Part shown: positions 27,816-41,533 of the stretch, one piece after another
Position numbering within the stretch: position 1 is the stretch's first letter
Layout: every line of letters starts with the position of its first letter
Origin: Octopus vulgaris
Taxonomy: Eukaryota
Direction: 5' to 3'
Assembly: GCA_951406725.2 (NCBI GenBank)
Contig: OX597821.1
Coordinates: 25,482,001-25,546,000 of the forward strand
DNA: 64,000 nucleotides
Program-made: the position numbers and the translations under genes
The notes under the pieces: generated by a model
Told to the model about the DNA's origin: nothing
The model's database searches: none
The model's input: the letters and a program-made list of their open reading frames with translations, nothing else

Positions 27816-28945
27816 CATATATTACATGTATGTGTATGACTAGATGCATGTGAGTGCACCGATATACATTCATGCACATGTTAGCTATTTTATTTTTAAC
27901 AGAAATCATAAAAAATAAATCTACCATCTTGGGCAGAGCAAAGGGAGAGGAATGGAGTTTGATACATAGAAAGAAGAAAAAAAAAACAGAAAAGCCTGCA
28001 GGAAAACAACAGTGAGAATTCTTTTCCCTACAATTGTTGTACTGATCATTACACACATACATGTACACATACAGACACACACATACGCATCTACACATGT
28101 GTGCGGGTATATATATACTTACACACACGTATACATGCACTCATACATATTTATACACACATACCACAAATAACATTAAGAGAGTGATAGAAACAATAAG
28201 TAGGAGATAGTCAATTCTCCTCCATCACTATTGCTGCTGCTGCTGCTACTACTACTACTACTATTAGAGGGTCAAAATATCCTGCATGTCTTTGAACTGG
28301 CAGGAGAATCTGCAGTGTTCCTGGCTCACAATTGATACTAGCTGCTTTGGAGCCAAGTAGAGGTGGCAGGAATAGCTACAGAACCTCTCTAACCATTTGT
28401 CTGGCTCCATTGCTTCCACTGATGCCATTGCAGTTGGTTGTTGTCATAGGAACCAAAATACTGTTTCCATAGCAATCTGCTATAAGCTATGACATTAACT
28501 TTCAACACTCCTGATTTTTGAAGGCAAAAAGTCATGTGCAACCCACCTGGAGGGCTATTTTAGTATTTGGTACCACCCAACAGTATATACTGTAAAGTAT
28601 GGTAGGTTTCAAAGTAAATCAACTTTGTTCCACTCCTACAAATATGTGACACAGCCAATTTCAATGCATTTTTCATATTTAGTTACTTCTCTTTACATTG
28701 AAATTCTATTATAATCAGTCTAGCCTTTCATGCCTCCTTCAGAGTCAAGAAGTACCAGTAGTATATATAGGTCATCCTCTACAAAAGTTTATAAAAACAG
28801 GCCTACATAAGAAACTATTATTATCACAGCTAACGTTCAAGGATTTTATAAAGATATGAACAAATCCAGTAACAACTTATTAGTTAAAGCAAGCAGTGAT
28901 ATTTTTATTTTATGAATTAATCTAAAGAAAAAAAAAATGTACTCA

Positions 28946-29287
28946 TGCGTGGCATCTTGGGCAAGTGTCTTCTGGTATAGCCCCAGGCCGACCAAAGCCT
29001 TGTGAGTGGATTTGGTAGACGGAAAATGAAAGAAGCCTGTCGTATATATGTATGTGTGTGTATATGTTTGTGTGTCTGTGTTTGTCCCTCTAGCATTGCT
29101 TGACAACTGATGCTGGTGTGTTTACGTCCCAGTCACTTAGCGGTTCGGCGAAAGAGACCGATAGAATAAGTACTGGGCTTACAAAGAATAAGTCCCGGGG
29201 TTGATTTGCTCGACTAAAGGCAGTGCTCCAGCATGGCCGCAGTCAAATGACTGAAACAAGTAAAAGAGTAAAAGAGAGTAAAGAGTA
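28946..29287 (+). mobile_element. SINE family A, 5'-truncated
   Basis: Matches the family A body and tail. Confidence 0.9.
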
Positions 29288-29500
29288 TGGGATTTCTCTC
29301 TGAATGATTTTGCAGGTGGTGTGGCACAAGGAGAAGTAAAAAAAAAAAAAGAAAAAAAAGAACTTGACAAAGTCACTGGGTGGCAAGATGCATAGTGTGG
29401 GAAAATGACAAGGGATGGGTAACATGAATGGGTTCAGGTAGATGGTAGTGAAGCCAGGTAGTTCAGGGAAGGAGTTGCTGACACAGCTCACTGCAGTAGG

Positions 29501-29863
29501 AAAATATATGCTCTAAGAGTGTTAAGGAATGTATTTCACTAGAACAATTAATTATATGCTTACAAGGGCTAGATAGGCATCTCCAACTAGCAAGCCATAT
29601 TACTCCAGACTGAAGACGAGCAAAGACTCAGAAACTAGTCTCTGGATGCTGGCTTAACTGGGTGGGGGTGCTTGTCTCCCCCTTGTAAACATAAGGACAC
29701 AGGAAATGTGTCAAAATTGACAGGAAGCGGTGCTGCTTCCTAGGGCTAAATAGCAGTAGTATTATTCTCTTCATGAGACTGTCACATTAAGTTGACAGCA
29801 TACAACTACTTTATCGTATCACTACTGCAAATATTTCTCTAAGAGATTTAGAAATGTATTATT
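29501..29863 (+). mobile_element. Hammerhead-containing non-coding element (retrozyme-like), copy 1
   Basis: Homologous to 48248-48638. Imperfect terminal direct repeat (CTCTAAGAG at 29511 and 29837, period 326 nt). Multiple hairpins downstream of the ribozyme. Confidence 0.7.
29592..29655 (+). ncRNA. Type I hammerhead ribozyme motif (copy 1)
   Basis: Stem I TCCAGA(29604-09)/TCTGGA(29641-46); core CTGAAGA(29610-16); stem II GAG/CTC with loop CAAAGA and a C.A mismatch at its base; GAAAC-TA-GTC with predicted cleavage after C29640; TAC bulge and distal AAGCCA/TGGCTT helix. Confidence 0.85.
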
Positions 29864-29883
29864 TCTATATAAATATGTATATG

Positions 29884-29924
<41 letters not shown>

Positions 29925-32592
29925 GATGAGCTCCTTTCAATTTCCTTCTACTAAATCCACTCACAAAACTTTGGTTGGCCTGAGGCTATAATAGAAAACA
30001 TTTCCACTTCGTGCCATCCATCAAGATTGAATGTAGAACCATGCAGATGGGAAGCAAGCTTCTTACCACAGGGCCACACCTGTACTTTTTAGTAACATTT
30101 TTTTCGATACCCTCCTCACTTGCTATGATTTATCATATTTAAAGACATCAGAAAAAAAAAAATTACAGCCAACAAGTTGATTTGCTATTAAAAGACTACT
30201 TGCATTTAAATCATTTCATCAATATATGTCAAATCATCATTTCAACTACAAATACTAGCAGATGATTTGCACACAGAATGAAAACTATAAATTCTTTTTG
30301 AAAATTTAGGGGTTGCAAAGCAACAGTAACCATTTGTGAGTGAAGTATTGGTTAAAGATTTCCTAACTTTAGGAAGGAAGGCATTATTTGTGATATAATC
30401 TTGGTTAAGATATAGAGGTATGGAGACTGGAAAAAAGTGCTTTCTCAACAATATAAATAACTGGATATTTGCAAATAATATCATTCAATAGAAAGAAAAG
30501 TTGACACACTCGGCTCAGTTTGTCAGGAGACAAATGGTTTCATTTGCACTGAGTAAGTTCTCATATTTTCTCATTTGTAATATTGAATACAAGCACATTT
30601 GAAGGTAAAACTAGTCAGGAGAAATTACGCTTTTTGAACTCATCAAAATACAATGTACTCTACAGGCATTATTATGGAGTTTGAAGTACTTGTAAAGTAC
30701 TTCCAGTCTTTTCCTGGTACAATGCCAAACATCAACAAAATTAACCTAATATTCAGTGAGTCAAAGAATGACATATACCTTAAAATGAGATATTTAGTTC
30801 AACTGAAATGATTTAGAAATAAAAACCTAAGAAATATTGAAATTGATGAAAGAAAATGTGAGATCATGATATTCATGACTTACCCAATAAGAAAAACAAT
30901 ACTAGGAAAATTGAAAATAGACTACAAGGAGCTATGTTGTCTAAGGTCAGCTCTTGTTGAGCAAACTTGTGATACAGAGTTAAGACTACTCAGCCTCTTT
31001 TACCTAGCAGCATATTCTCTTGTTTCTAACATTACATATACAGTATATTATCTATAGTAGTGTTAGAAATAATTTTTTTCTAACGTAGTAAGAGCTAATT
31101 TGAAGGAAATTTGTCTGCTATTTCAAGCAGATCTAGCAATCATGTGAAGGCACCATGTTGGTTCATGCTACAAATACAAAAAACAACAATGCAAGTTATA
31201 TGCACACACTCACAAACGTGCAGGTGTGTGTGCACATATGCTTGCATGTAAAATTCCTTCGTATGTTAGGGTCTTTTTGGTGGCTTGCTTTGATGGTGGT
31301 GTCAAACAGGCCATTATGGTAGTTGCTAATCACTAATCTATGTTTTTATAAGTACCTACATCAGCCAACCAGGAACAAGCCAACATCCTCATCAATATGG
31401 TACATATACAAATTAGTGGGTAACAATAAAAACAAATATTGGAATAACACTCTTAAGCCAAAATAATTATATATTGATGTGTTTAATTAATTCAGAACAG
31501 AATTCTTGAACCATGTGCTAAATTACACAAGAAAAGAACTCCTTTCATTATTTATTCCTTCACATTTTGCTGGTTACTCATGAATACTCATGCAGCAGAT
31601 AATTAGGTTCAGTGGGACGCAGCAGAGTTAGTGATAGCTTCTATTTTAATTAGAAATATATATAACATTACTCAGCATCTGTCTTTGAAGAAGCATAAAA
31701 TGTCCATTTTTGTTCTTCAGCCGCTGAGAAGAATGAGTATGAGACTTCCAAGAATTGAAGGAGTGAAGCATGAGCTTTGAAAGTTTTCTGTTGGGGAAGG
31801 ATGGTGGGGTGCGGTGGGGTGGGGTTCATCCAGCCATGGGAACCAAGCCAAAACAGGTGGCTGGGCATGATGCAGCTCTCCAGCTTACCAGATCCAGTCC
31901 AAACTTTCTAACTCATGCCAACATGGAAAATGAATGTTAAATGAAGATGATATATATCATGTGGCCAACCAAACTATCCATATATTTTTCCAATCAGTAG
32001 AAAGCCGCAAAAATTACAAACTTCTGTGACTTTCTGCAGATTAAAAAGTAAAAAATAAATACTCATATATTGAGTTCTACTTCTGTTTCTTATATCAGCT
32101 CCACCTCTGTTTATGCATGTATATAATATAAGAGATACTCTGCATATAGTACAAGAATATTTCTCTGTGCAAGGTTTAACTAGGGGCTCACTTGTGAAAA
32201 CTAAACCATGTATGTGTAGATTGACATAAATAAATGCATATTCTATATTTTCTGTGGTCATAGTTACATGTTTCTGAAATGTGTAGATTAAAAAAATGGC
32301 AGTTACTGGTTTTATTTGCACAGTTGTTACTCCAAAATTGAGCCAGAATCTATCAAGACCAGGTGAAATGTGTAAACATTTACAGTAAAGTGCTCTACTT
32401 TCAAAGTTTATCATTAAAAATTAAAATCTCAGAAAAGGACTGTTACATTAATAGTAGGAACAAATACTTTGCAGATATAACGGAATGTTGTATTTGCAAA
32501 CAGAAATAATATAATAGAATATAAGAATGTGTGTGTGCACGCACAGAATTTCATCATTGGGTTCAATGAAATAGAAATGCTCAATTTCAAAC

Positions 32593-32800
32593 ATCATCAT
32601 CATCATCGTTTAGCGTCTGCTTTCCATGCTAGCATGGGTTGGATGGTTCAACTGGGGTCTGGGAAGCCAGAAGGCTGCACCAGGCCCAGTCTGATCAGGC
32701 AATGTTTCTACGGCTGGATGCCCTTCCTAACGCCAACCACTTCGTGAGTGTAGTGGGTGCTTTTTACATGCCACCAGCACAGGTGCCAGACAAGGCTGGC
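32593..32800 (-). mobile_element. SINE family C
   Basis: (CAT)n followed by the reverse complement of the family C body. Confidence 0.88.
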
Positions 32801-34049
32801 AAAGAGAATATATAGAACATGTATATATTCCATTTTAATGAATATATTTAATTGTAATGTACAAAAATTTGTTGATTTTTCATTTCATAAAACTTTTTTT
32901 TTAATACCAAATTGCTTAAAACTACCCATGGTCCTCATAATACAAATTTCCTGTTTTAAAGTGATCTAAATAAAAACCTACCAAAATTTCATGTCACTTG
33001 ATGTTCCAAAACTAGCTTAATAATATTTTACTAAATTTAACATTACTTCCCAAGTTACCTGAAACAAAACCAGTGTATTTCAACAGAAATATGATAACAA
33101 ATGGGTTAAGTCATCACATATACCCACCCACACTAAACAACAACTGTATTAAGAAAATGGTTATGTATCAACACACATGAGTGAATGTGTGATTACCATC
33201 TGCAGTGCTGAATATGATGGCTTTATGAAATAGAACGCAAAATCTATCTTGCAAAACTAACAAATATTAAAATGTATGCTAGATATAAGATAATTTAAGC
33301 TGGAAAATAATCTTACAGAAACATTGTGTTTTTATATGTTTTTAAGTAAAATTTTTGAATATGGTGAAAAATTTAAGTTGGATCAACTCACCAAAACACT
33401 GTATAATAATTTGAACAACTAACTGTAAAAAAACTTAGATTTTTGTCTATAGTTTATATTTCTGTTAATCTGTTTCTGATGGAAAATCATCAGCTCAGTA
33501 TCAATGAGAAAAGCATGAATGTCATACTACTTCAGTTCCCATCTCTTTGGGGAGTCAAAGGTTTTGAGGCAGTAAGCCTTTGAAAAGGGAATAAACAACA
33601 TACAAGCTAGAGTTCAACCAAACTCTGTAAAAGCTTGACATCTTCAACTTCATCAACAAATGAATTTTAAAAAGGTATGACAGCTTGTATCCTGTTGCTC
33701 ATCTTGGAAGAAATGGCAGCCAAGTTTCTTGTAAATCACACAATAACTTCTTAAAGTGGGAAGGACACACTGAATAAGTAAGCCTGATATACAAAAAGAT
33801 GAGATTAGCAATGGTATTGCCACAAAGAAAGCCTTTGATCTTGGTTTGTAGGATTAGGTTGGAACTGGGCCTTACATATCAATGTAAGATGTGTTTGTTA
33901 AAATTTTTGTTTGTAAGGACATTTAATCATCAGTGACCATATTTCTACAAATAAAAATAAAGTCTGTGTGATTCTGTTAAGTTTGAAAAGAAATAAAAAA
34001 TATTGAAAGATTTAATAAGATATCTTTCTCTCAATGCAGGCTTTGATGG

Positions 34050-34260
34050 CATTGTAATCATGCTGAACAAGCCATATTAGCTGGTTATATTCTGAAAACT
34101 TCCACATCCTAACAGAGTACAAAGACCACTCAGCTATATTGGTTTTATTGACACACAACATGAAGTTGAGGATCTATTAAAGCAAATGGGGTAAAAAGAT
34201 TCTTGGCATAGCATTGTGAGATGCATCTTGGTTGTAGTCAGTTAAAGAAAGGACATAAAA
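34050..34260 (+). mobile_element. Possible decayed Gypsy-type RNase H fragment
   Basis: Reads NFHILTEYKDHSAILVLLT...SKWG, loosely resembling F.I.TDH.AL..L......RW; short and degenerate. Confidence 0.3.
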
Positions 34261-35014
34261 GGGTTCTTACGAAAACTATGATGAAGGTCTTTATTTTAAA
34301 TACGGACACTTTAAACTGGCAGTTTTGTATGAGAACTAGAGATAGTATCAGATGGACATGTGTCAAAACGAGTCATATAATCATAACACTCAATACAGGT
34401 TTTTAACAGTTGAAGAACTATAATCCAAAATATCAGAATTTTCCCCACTTCTCACAACAACTAGATTTATTGACACTTACAAATTCTCTGGGATACTTTT
34501 ATTACCATTCTTGCTGATGCAGACTCCCACCAGTTCCTTAGATTTTGTGAGCAATATCATCATTGGTTATAGGTTTCCAATGGATCAATTACTGGTTCAC
34601 AGTGTTTTCTTATAGCAAAGAGTGACACGAGAGTTTCTGTGTAACTCAGAATAAATATGAGATATATTTTTTTCGCTAACAGCAGAGATTTATTGGCATT
34701 CTTGCAAACGTGCACATTTTCCCTCCTTATATACAAATGGAATTTGATAGACAGAAACTGTCTATCAAATTCCATTCCTAAAACATTGATCAACTTGAAA
34801 CTATGGTAACAAACACTTGCTCAAAATGCCATGAAGTGGGATTATGTTCAGAACTATGTGGTTATAGAGAAGCAAACACCTTTACTATGCAGCCATGCTG
34901 GCATCCAAACATTTCCTTAAAATACATTATTTTACATCTGCTTTTCATGCTGGAATGGATTAGAAGAGTTCAAATCAGTTCTTTTAATGCACTCTTCACG
35001 GTGCATTATATGTC

Positions 35015-35437
35015 CTGGCACTTGTGCCTGTGCTAGTAGGGTGCCAAGAGCACCATCCGAGTGTGATCGTTGCCAGAGCAGCCAACTGGCTTCCATGCCA
35101 GTGGCACGTAAAAGGGCACCATTCGAGCATGATCGTTACCAACGTCGCCTTACTGGCACCTGTGCTGGTGGCATGTGTAAAAGGACTCGAGCGAGGTTGT
35201 TGCTAGTACCACCTGACTGGCCCCTGTGCCGGTGGCACATAAAAAGCACCTACTACACTCTTGGAGTGGTTGGTGTTAGGAAGGGCATCCAGCTGTAGAA
35301 ACTCTGCCAAATCAAGATTGGAGACTGGTGCAACCATCTGGTTTGCCAGCCCTCAGTCAAAATCGTCCAACCCATGCTAGCATGGAAAGCGGATGTTAAA
35401 TGACGATGACGACGACGATGATGATGATGATGATGAT
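35015..35437 (+). mobile_element. SINE family C
   Basis: Four tandem modules plus the same body and a (GAC/GAT)n tail. Confidence 0.88.
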
Positions 35438-35818
35438 CTCACTTGAGTGTTGCATTTTTGGTTTGGTTTCCATGGTCATATAGCCTTCCTAACACCAATC
35501 CTTCTATGGAGTGTACTGAATGCATTTTATCATGACACCAGCACAGGTGAAGTTGCTCTGTAAGATTAAATGGTAATGCAAATTCTGTACATTTGCTACA
35601 TAATTGATAGCAGAGAGGACAATGCCCAAGATTGGTGGTTCAAGTGGACTAAGTTTACAATGGTAGTAACAGGATGACTAGGATACGGGGAGGGGGTTTA
35701 TAAAGAAAGGAGAAAGGGTAATGGAAACTAACAGAAGTGAACAATTCTAACAATGAGTGATGGTTTCATTTGTAAATATTCATAGAATTAAGCCAATAAG
35801 ATTAGCACTATTCTTTGC

Positions 35819-35998
35819 TTAACACTTTAGCATTTAAACTGGCCATATCTGGCCTCACACACCAACCCTACAATATCATTCTAAAATTTAACAGCTCACT
35901 ACAATCTCAAAGCTACAAGATAATGCATGGCTAATTCAAAACAATGTGAATAAATAAGCATTACATTTGACAGAATAATGTGAATGCTAAAGGGTTAA
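35819..35998 (+). mobile_element. TTAA-flanked (piggyBac-like) MITE, family D
   Basis: TTAA-CACTTTAGCATT...AATGCTAAAGGG-TTAA; six copies seen in the window. Confidence 0.8.
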
Positions 35999-36825
35999 AT
36001 ATATCATCAATGTTAATATTGTTCATTTAGGTAGTGAAAAAATAGTAAATTTTTTTTTTTTTTTAAATACAAATTTACATTTTTGAGGGGAGATTTAAAG
36101 ATAGATTTTTTATTATCCATTTTCATTTTTTAAATATAAAAATAGATTTTAACAAGAAACTAGAGAAATTGATAAAAATAGAAACATAATCTAATTTTTC
36201 CTAATCTGATAAAATAAATTTTATACTTAGTTTACAAATTAAAATAATTCTTAATCTCTGTCTAGTCTTAATCTAAGCTGACACAAGATTAGATAATAAG
36301 AGTAATTTAAGCCAGGTCATACATCTTGTCTTAAGACAATACTTAGTTCTACTACATTTCAAATTTTTTCTTAATCTTGCTCTTTACAGCATTAATGGGT
36401 CATAAACGGTCTCAATGGGAACTGTTACAGACTCATGGGCACTTCTTGCCAAGCCAATTTATTTTAATACACTACATATTGTACAATAGATCAGCAGATT
36501 TCACATTCAGGTCCTGTAGCTAAAATTGTAATCTTAAAAGAAATTCACATGATGCTACTTGCCTCAGACCACTCAGCTGTAAAGGTAGCAACATGGAGTG
36601 CATCTGGCTATAAAACATTCACGGCAGTTGTTTAGGCAAACACCTTGATTTTCCTATTTATGATCCTGAATTGATTTGTTGATGGGTAAGATGAGATTAG
36701 TCACATATCTTACCTGCATAGAAAACCATGATGTCATACATAACACTGTCCTTCTTGTAATCAGATGCAGGTGCTAATTATCTAACTATAGAGCTTATAG
36801 TCATGTTTGATCTTCAATCCCTGCT

Positions 36826-37454
36826 TAATTGTCTTCAAATATACATTGTGAACAAAAGTTGGTGCAAATTATTTACTAAATTATATAATTTAATTATTTT
36901 TCTGTATATGTTTCAGTAGTGGTAAAAAAATATTTATTCAATTCTTATATATTAACATACCCCTTATTCTGAACATCCCACCCCTATTTTTTATCTGTAT
37001 TTTTCCTTTCTCTTTATTCTGTATACTTTCACATCTGTTCATTTTGTAATCCTCCCCCCCTTTTATTTTGTATACCCTACCATACTCCCTATTCTTCATT
37101 TCATTAATATTTTTGAAGACTTCTCAAATATTAAATAGAGAATGAAAAAGAAATATGTTTAAGGGCCAAAAGCATATGGAATGAAGAATACGGAGTATGG
37201 TAGGGTATACAGAATAAAAAGAGGAAAAATTACAAAATGAGCAGGTGTGAAAGTATACAAAATAAAGAGTAAGGAAAAATACAGATAAAAAATAGGGGTG
37301 AGATGTTCAGAATAAGGAGCTATGTTAATATGTAAGAATTGAATAAATATTTTTTTACCACTATTGAAAAATATACAGAAAAATAATTAAATTGTATAAT
37401 TTAGTAAATAATTTGCACCAACTTTTGTTCACAATGTATATTTGAAGACAATTA
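36826..37454. repeat. Long inverted repeat / fold-back (possible TA-flanked MITE)
   Basis: Arms 36826-37104 and 37176-37454 (about 279 bp, roughly 90% identical by eye), 71-nt spacer; begins and ends with TA. Confidence 0.9.
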
Positions 37455-37529
37455 TCAAAGAATTTACTGGTAGCTTATAATTGAATGAAAAATATAAATT
37501 GTAAGTCACTAAATAATTTTATAAAATAG

Positions 37530-37530
<1 letters not shown>

Positions 37531-37594
<64 letters not shown>
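37531..37594. repeat. (TA)n microsatellite
   Basis: About 32 perfect TA units. Confidence 0.97.
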
Positions 37595-37598
<4 letters not shown>

Positions 37599-39029
37599 AA
37601 ATTTTCATGCCAGTTCTGTAATCAAGAGGAATTTAATGAAAGACTGCAGATCAAATAGAAAGTTTTCTTCAGTGAAAAATCTCCTTAATTGCCAAAGCAT
37701 TCCTCTTCCTCTGCTTTAAAAGTCAGTTTTAAGACTGAACATAATTTGTTGCTAAGATTAATTAGATCGACTTTCCAAATAAATACTACTTAAGCTGCAA
37801 ATAAATAGATGGGGTTCGTTTATTTTCACAACAAATGCTGTTAGAATAAATGCTAACATGTTTTTGTTTGATTCTGTCTTTTTCAAAGAATAAATTAGCC
37901 ATTTTTGTAAATTGAATTTTCTGAAACTAAAAATGTAGAGAAAATAATCAGAACAAATGAACAATAAATTGTGTTACTTATCAGCTAGACAGGACATTTA
38001 ATTCTACATTGCCTTAGTTACTGTTACTTTCTTGTTAAAGACAGTCTCTTGTGATTATTTCCCATTATATAAAACAGGAGTTAATTAAAAACCCTCTGGT
38101 TCCAAGTGATCTGTTTGGAGATTCCCCCCACCCCTCAAGCAGATGAATGTACAATAATAGTCAAGTTTGGCTTTCGTGATATTTAATGTGTGCAGGTAAC
38201 ACACCAACATGGAAATTGGCAGTCATTACACCTAAATCACAGCCTATATTTAAATTCAAAAACACCACTTGGTGCTGCTGCTGCTTGAAATTAAATTAAA
38301 TTCCTGTTTTATGGTAAATAATTTCTCCACTTCCATCCCCATCTTCAAACTAGCATGGATGGACAGGCCTGAAATTTGAACATCTTCATGAGCATCGTTG
38401 AAGCAACTGGTACCATAACTTGATGACTTAACCTAGCTGCTGCAACCTGACTAAAGAACAAATAAAATACTTAAAAAGAAAAAGCTAAATCCAGTATCAA
38501 ATGAATACCCCACAAGATGTAACAGAATTTGCACCCCTAACTTTCTATAGTAAGAATTTGACATTAATCTAACTGAACAATATTTTCATTTGGCCTAATA
38601 TGGCTTAAGGGGTTAAGCAGAACAATAATCAATATGAAAATGGGAAACCACTGACAAAGAAATTATCCAGTTTTCATTAATACTTATTGTCCTAAGGTAT
38701 GGAACATTTGAGAATAGTTTGACACCATTGTATATTTTAGTAGATGGAAAATGAACTAATTGACTGACACTATATTTTAATCTATTAAAGCAAATCACTA
38801 TTACTAGTATGAAACTATTTATTCCAAGTCATACGGTCGGACTATTTTTAGTGTCAAAATATCAGTTATGTTACTGGCTTATAACAAACACTTGATGTTG
38901 AAGTTCTAGCAGGGGCAAGAGCTACTGTTAGATCAAGCTAAATGAATAAGCCTCTACAGAGTTATACAACTTGCTAGATATGGTAGCCAAATCATCAACA
39001 AAGAAAGATACAATACATAATATAATCTT

Positions 39030-39960
39030 AACTAGAAAAGCACTCGGAGAGCGCAGACCTTTGCCAAGCAGCTCGTTCCCACCTGTATACACGCAGGCTG
39101 AAAATCGCCCAATTTCCCAAACCAACAAACACCAGCAGAAACATAACCGCCTTAGCGGGGTTTTGGAAAAATAACACAGCCATATGATTTTTTTTTTTTT
39201 TTAACTCCTTTAAAAACAGGAATCATCTGAAGCAGTTATAATACATCAATGACCAGAGCAAACTAGTTTCACCATACAACTAAAAAGAAACAACAATTAC
39301 CAAAAACTTGAGTGATACACACACAACATCATGGTCGGAAAAGTAACAGTCGGTTACAGTGACTTGTGGACACCAATCCTGGTCCACATAAACATGATCT
39401 AAGCAGGCTTCCATAGTCAATGGTTGGTTTTTGGACTAGTTGGTCGAACCCAAACTGGTTCATAGTTGTCAAGATCTCATGGTTAGGGGAATCAAGGAGA
39501 TCCACATTGAAATCACCAAGGACAATGATCAGATGATTCCTTGGCAAAAATAAAAGAGGTATCTGTCTACTTACAAAACTAAACCTACCTACCTACTTTA
39601 CATCCCTCTGTGGTCAGTATAGTATCAATCATCTCTCAAGAGACCACAGATACAAGAGTAAAATTACTAATAGAGAATCAAAAATAAAACTTTGGAAACA
39701 GCAATGCCACCATAGGTTACATGGAAACGATGTGTTTTCAAGGGTGATAATCAAAGATCGTAATATCGTAATACTTCATGTAAAGTAAAATCCTTCAAGA
39801 ATCCATAAAAATTCCCAGACCACTACCAAAATTTCATCATCTGTTCCTTGTGTCGCTGCAAGTTTCATCAAATACTGTTCACAACTTTTTGAGTTATTTT
39901 GCACACAGACGGACAAACCAACACCAATGAAAACACTACCTCCTTCCATGGCAGAGGTAA
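39030..39960 (-). mobile_element. Helentron-like (endonuclease Helitron) deletion derivative with AP-endonuclease fragment
   Basis: Minus-strand 39300-39547 reads IIVLGDFNVDLL...QLVQKPTIDYGSL/LDHVYV...TDCYFSDH (one frameshift). Sub-terminal IR ACCTTTGCCA/TGGCAGAGGT; GTTT/GTCC/GTCT-like tract near the 5' end; 3' stem-loop followed by CTAGT. Confidence 0.75.
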
Positions 39961-40899
39961 ATATATTATTTCTCAATGACAATATGGAAGAGACTGAACT
40001 AGAAACTTTTAATCATAGATCCGCTGCATTAGAACTGACCTGAGATTATCCCTTTCATTACCTTATGACAGTCTTCATTTCAATTAATTTTGAAAATAAT
40101 AAAGGATTTAGGTAAAATAGCTTGGTCATTTTTAAGATGGTGTTAGGAACAGAAATTAAAATGAAGTTTTGATTGAAGTTTTTAATCTAAATCATTTTAA
40201 AACAGGGAGTTTGTATCTTGGAACCAGGTTCAGTCTTGGGCTGGTTGATATTGGAAGGTTTCAACACCACATTACCTCTAGGCTACATTTGTCTGGTCAG
40301 AGTGTAAAATCTCTAAATCTTAACATAATTATTTTAGACACTAAAGATAGGCCAGCCTATCTTTAGTATCCCAATAGCTGCAACAGGGACTGAATATAGA
40401 AAAAGATACCCTATGGCTTTTTACATATCAGTATTTATTAGTACAGTCAAATCTTTTGTTATTTTAAATGAAGACTTTTTTTACCAGAGAATTCAAGAAT
40501 GTGTTACAAGTGAGAGGTGTCAGCTGTTTCAATCAACTGTGTTCTTAATACTATAATTGGTAAAGATTCTTCTATCCAATAATGTCATCAGCCGAACACA
40601 GGCTACAAGTTCTTTCTTTTAGAAACATTGCTTTCTATGATAACTGATTCCTAAATAAACTAACAGTATTTATAGTTCTGGCTACACTGGAGCAGCTATT
40701 CACAGTTGATATACAAAGAAGCAAAATTATTTTATCTAAACTTTTATACAAACAAAAATAAAAAGAAAGAAAATCTATTTCTATCAAATATTTTTCATCT
40801 AATCAATCAGACAGTATAGTGACAAACAAAAATAGAGTTAGATTAAATGCAGAAGAAACATTTCAATTTACCAATGAGAACCAGTTTTTATTATATATG

Positions 40900-41125
40900 T
40901 AACTCTTTTGTATCTAAACCGGCCATGTCCAGTCCCAACATTCCGAGTTTTATATTTAAATGGGCCAGATCTTGCCTCTCACCTCTACCCTTCAATGTCA
41001 TTTTAAGAAATAAACAATTACATTATCACAATCTGAAAGCTCTGAGATAATGCATGTTTAATTCAAAGCAATGTGATTGAATAAGTATTACGGTTGACAG
41101 AGTAATCTGAATGCTAGAGGGTTAA
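40900..41125 (+). mobile_element. MITE family D
   Basis: Same body; ends AATGCTAGAGGGTTAA. Confidence 0.75.
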
Positions 41126-41389
41126 TTTACACAGATTCTTACAAAAAAACTTTAATTAAAGAAAAAAGAAAGAACAAAATAAAAGCTAGTTTTGATGGCC
41201 TTGAAATTATAAAGTAAAACTTATCCGAATATTAAGGATCAAATTTCATAATTTAATTCTGTTCTGTTTTTCAGTCTCTACCAAAATGGAAAATTATAGC
41301 ATCAACTTTACATCCACCCCCTGCAGCAAGGTTATGCCTTCAATAGTATGTTTGGTGGCACAAACAGGAAAACAGAAGTCAAAATATGA

Positions 41390-41433
<44 letters not shown>

Positions 41434-41436
<3 letters not shown>

Positions 41437-41531
41437 CCTGGTGCAGCCCCTGGCTTCCCAGACTCCGGTCGAACCGTCCAACCCATGCTAGCGCGGAAAA
41501 CGGACGTTAAACGATGATGATGATGATGATG

Positions 41532-41533
<2 letters not shown>
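41434..41533 (+). mobile_element. SINE family C 3' fragment inside a (TA)n array
   Basis: 100-bp tail fragment flanked on both sides by long (TA)n runs (about 41391-41433 and 41535-41581). Confidence 0.9.

Noticed and set aside
31974-32414. 146-aa minus-strand ORF
   Set aside because: No recognisable domain or splice context; composition typical of random AT-rich sequence.
38267-38281. 15-nt identity (ACTTGGTGCTGCTGC) to the 81-nt SSBP exon, suggesting a duplicated exon
   Set aside because: Low-complexity GCT repeat; similarity does not extend and there are no matching splice sites. The nearby acceptor at 38451 has no good donor and hits early stops.
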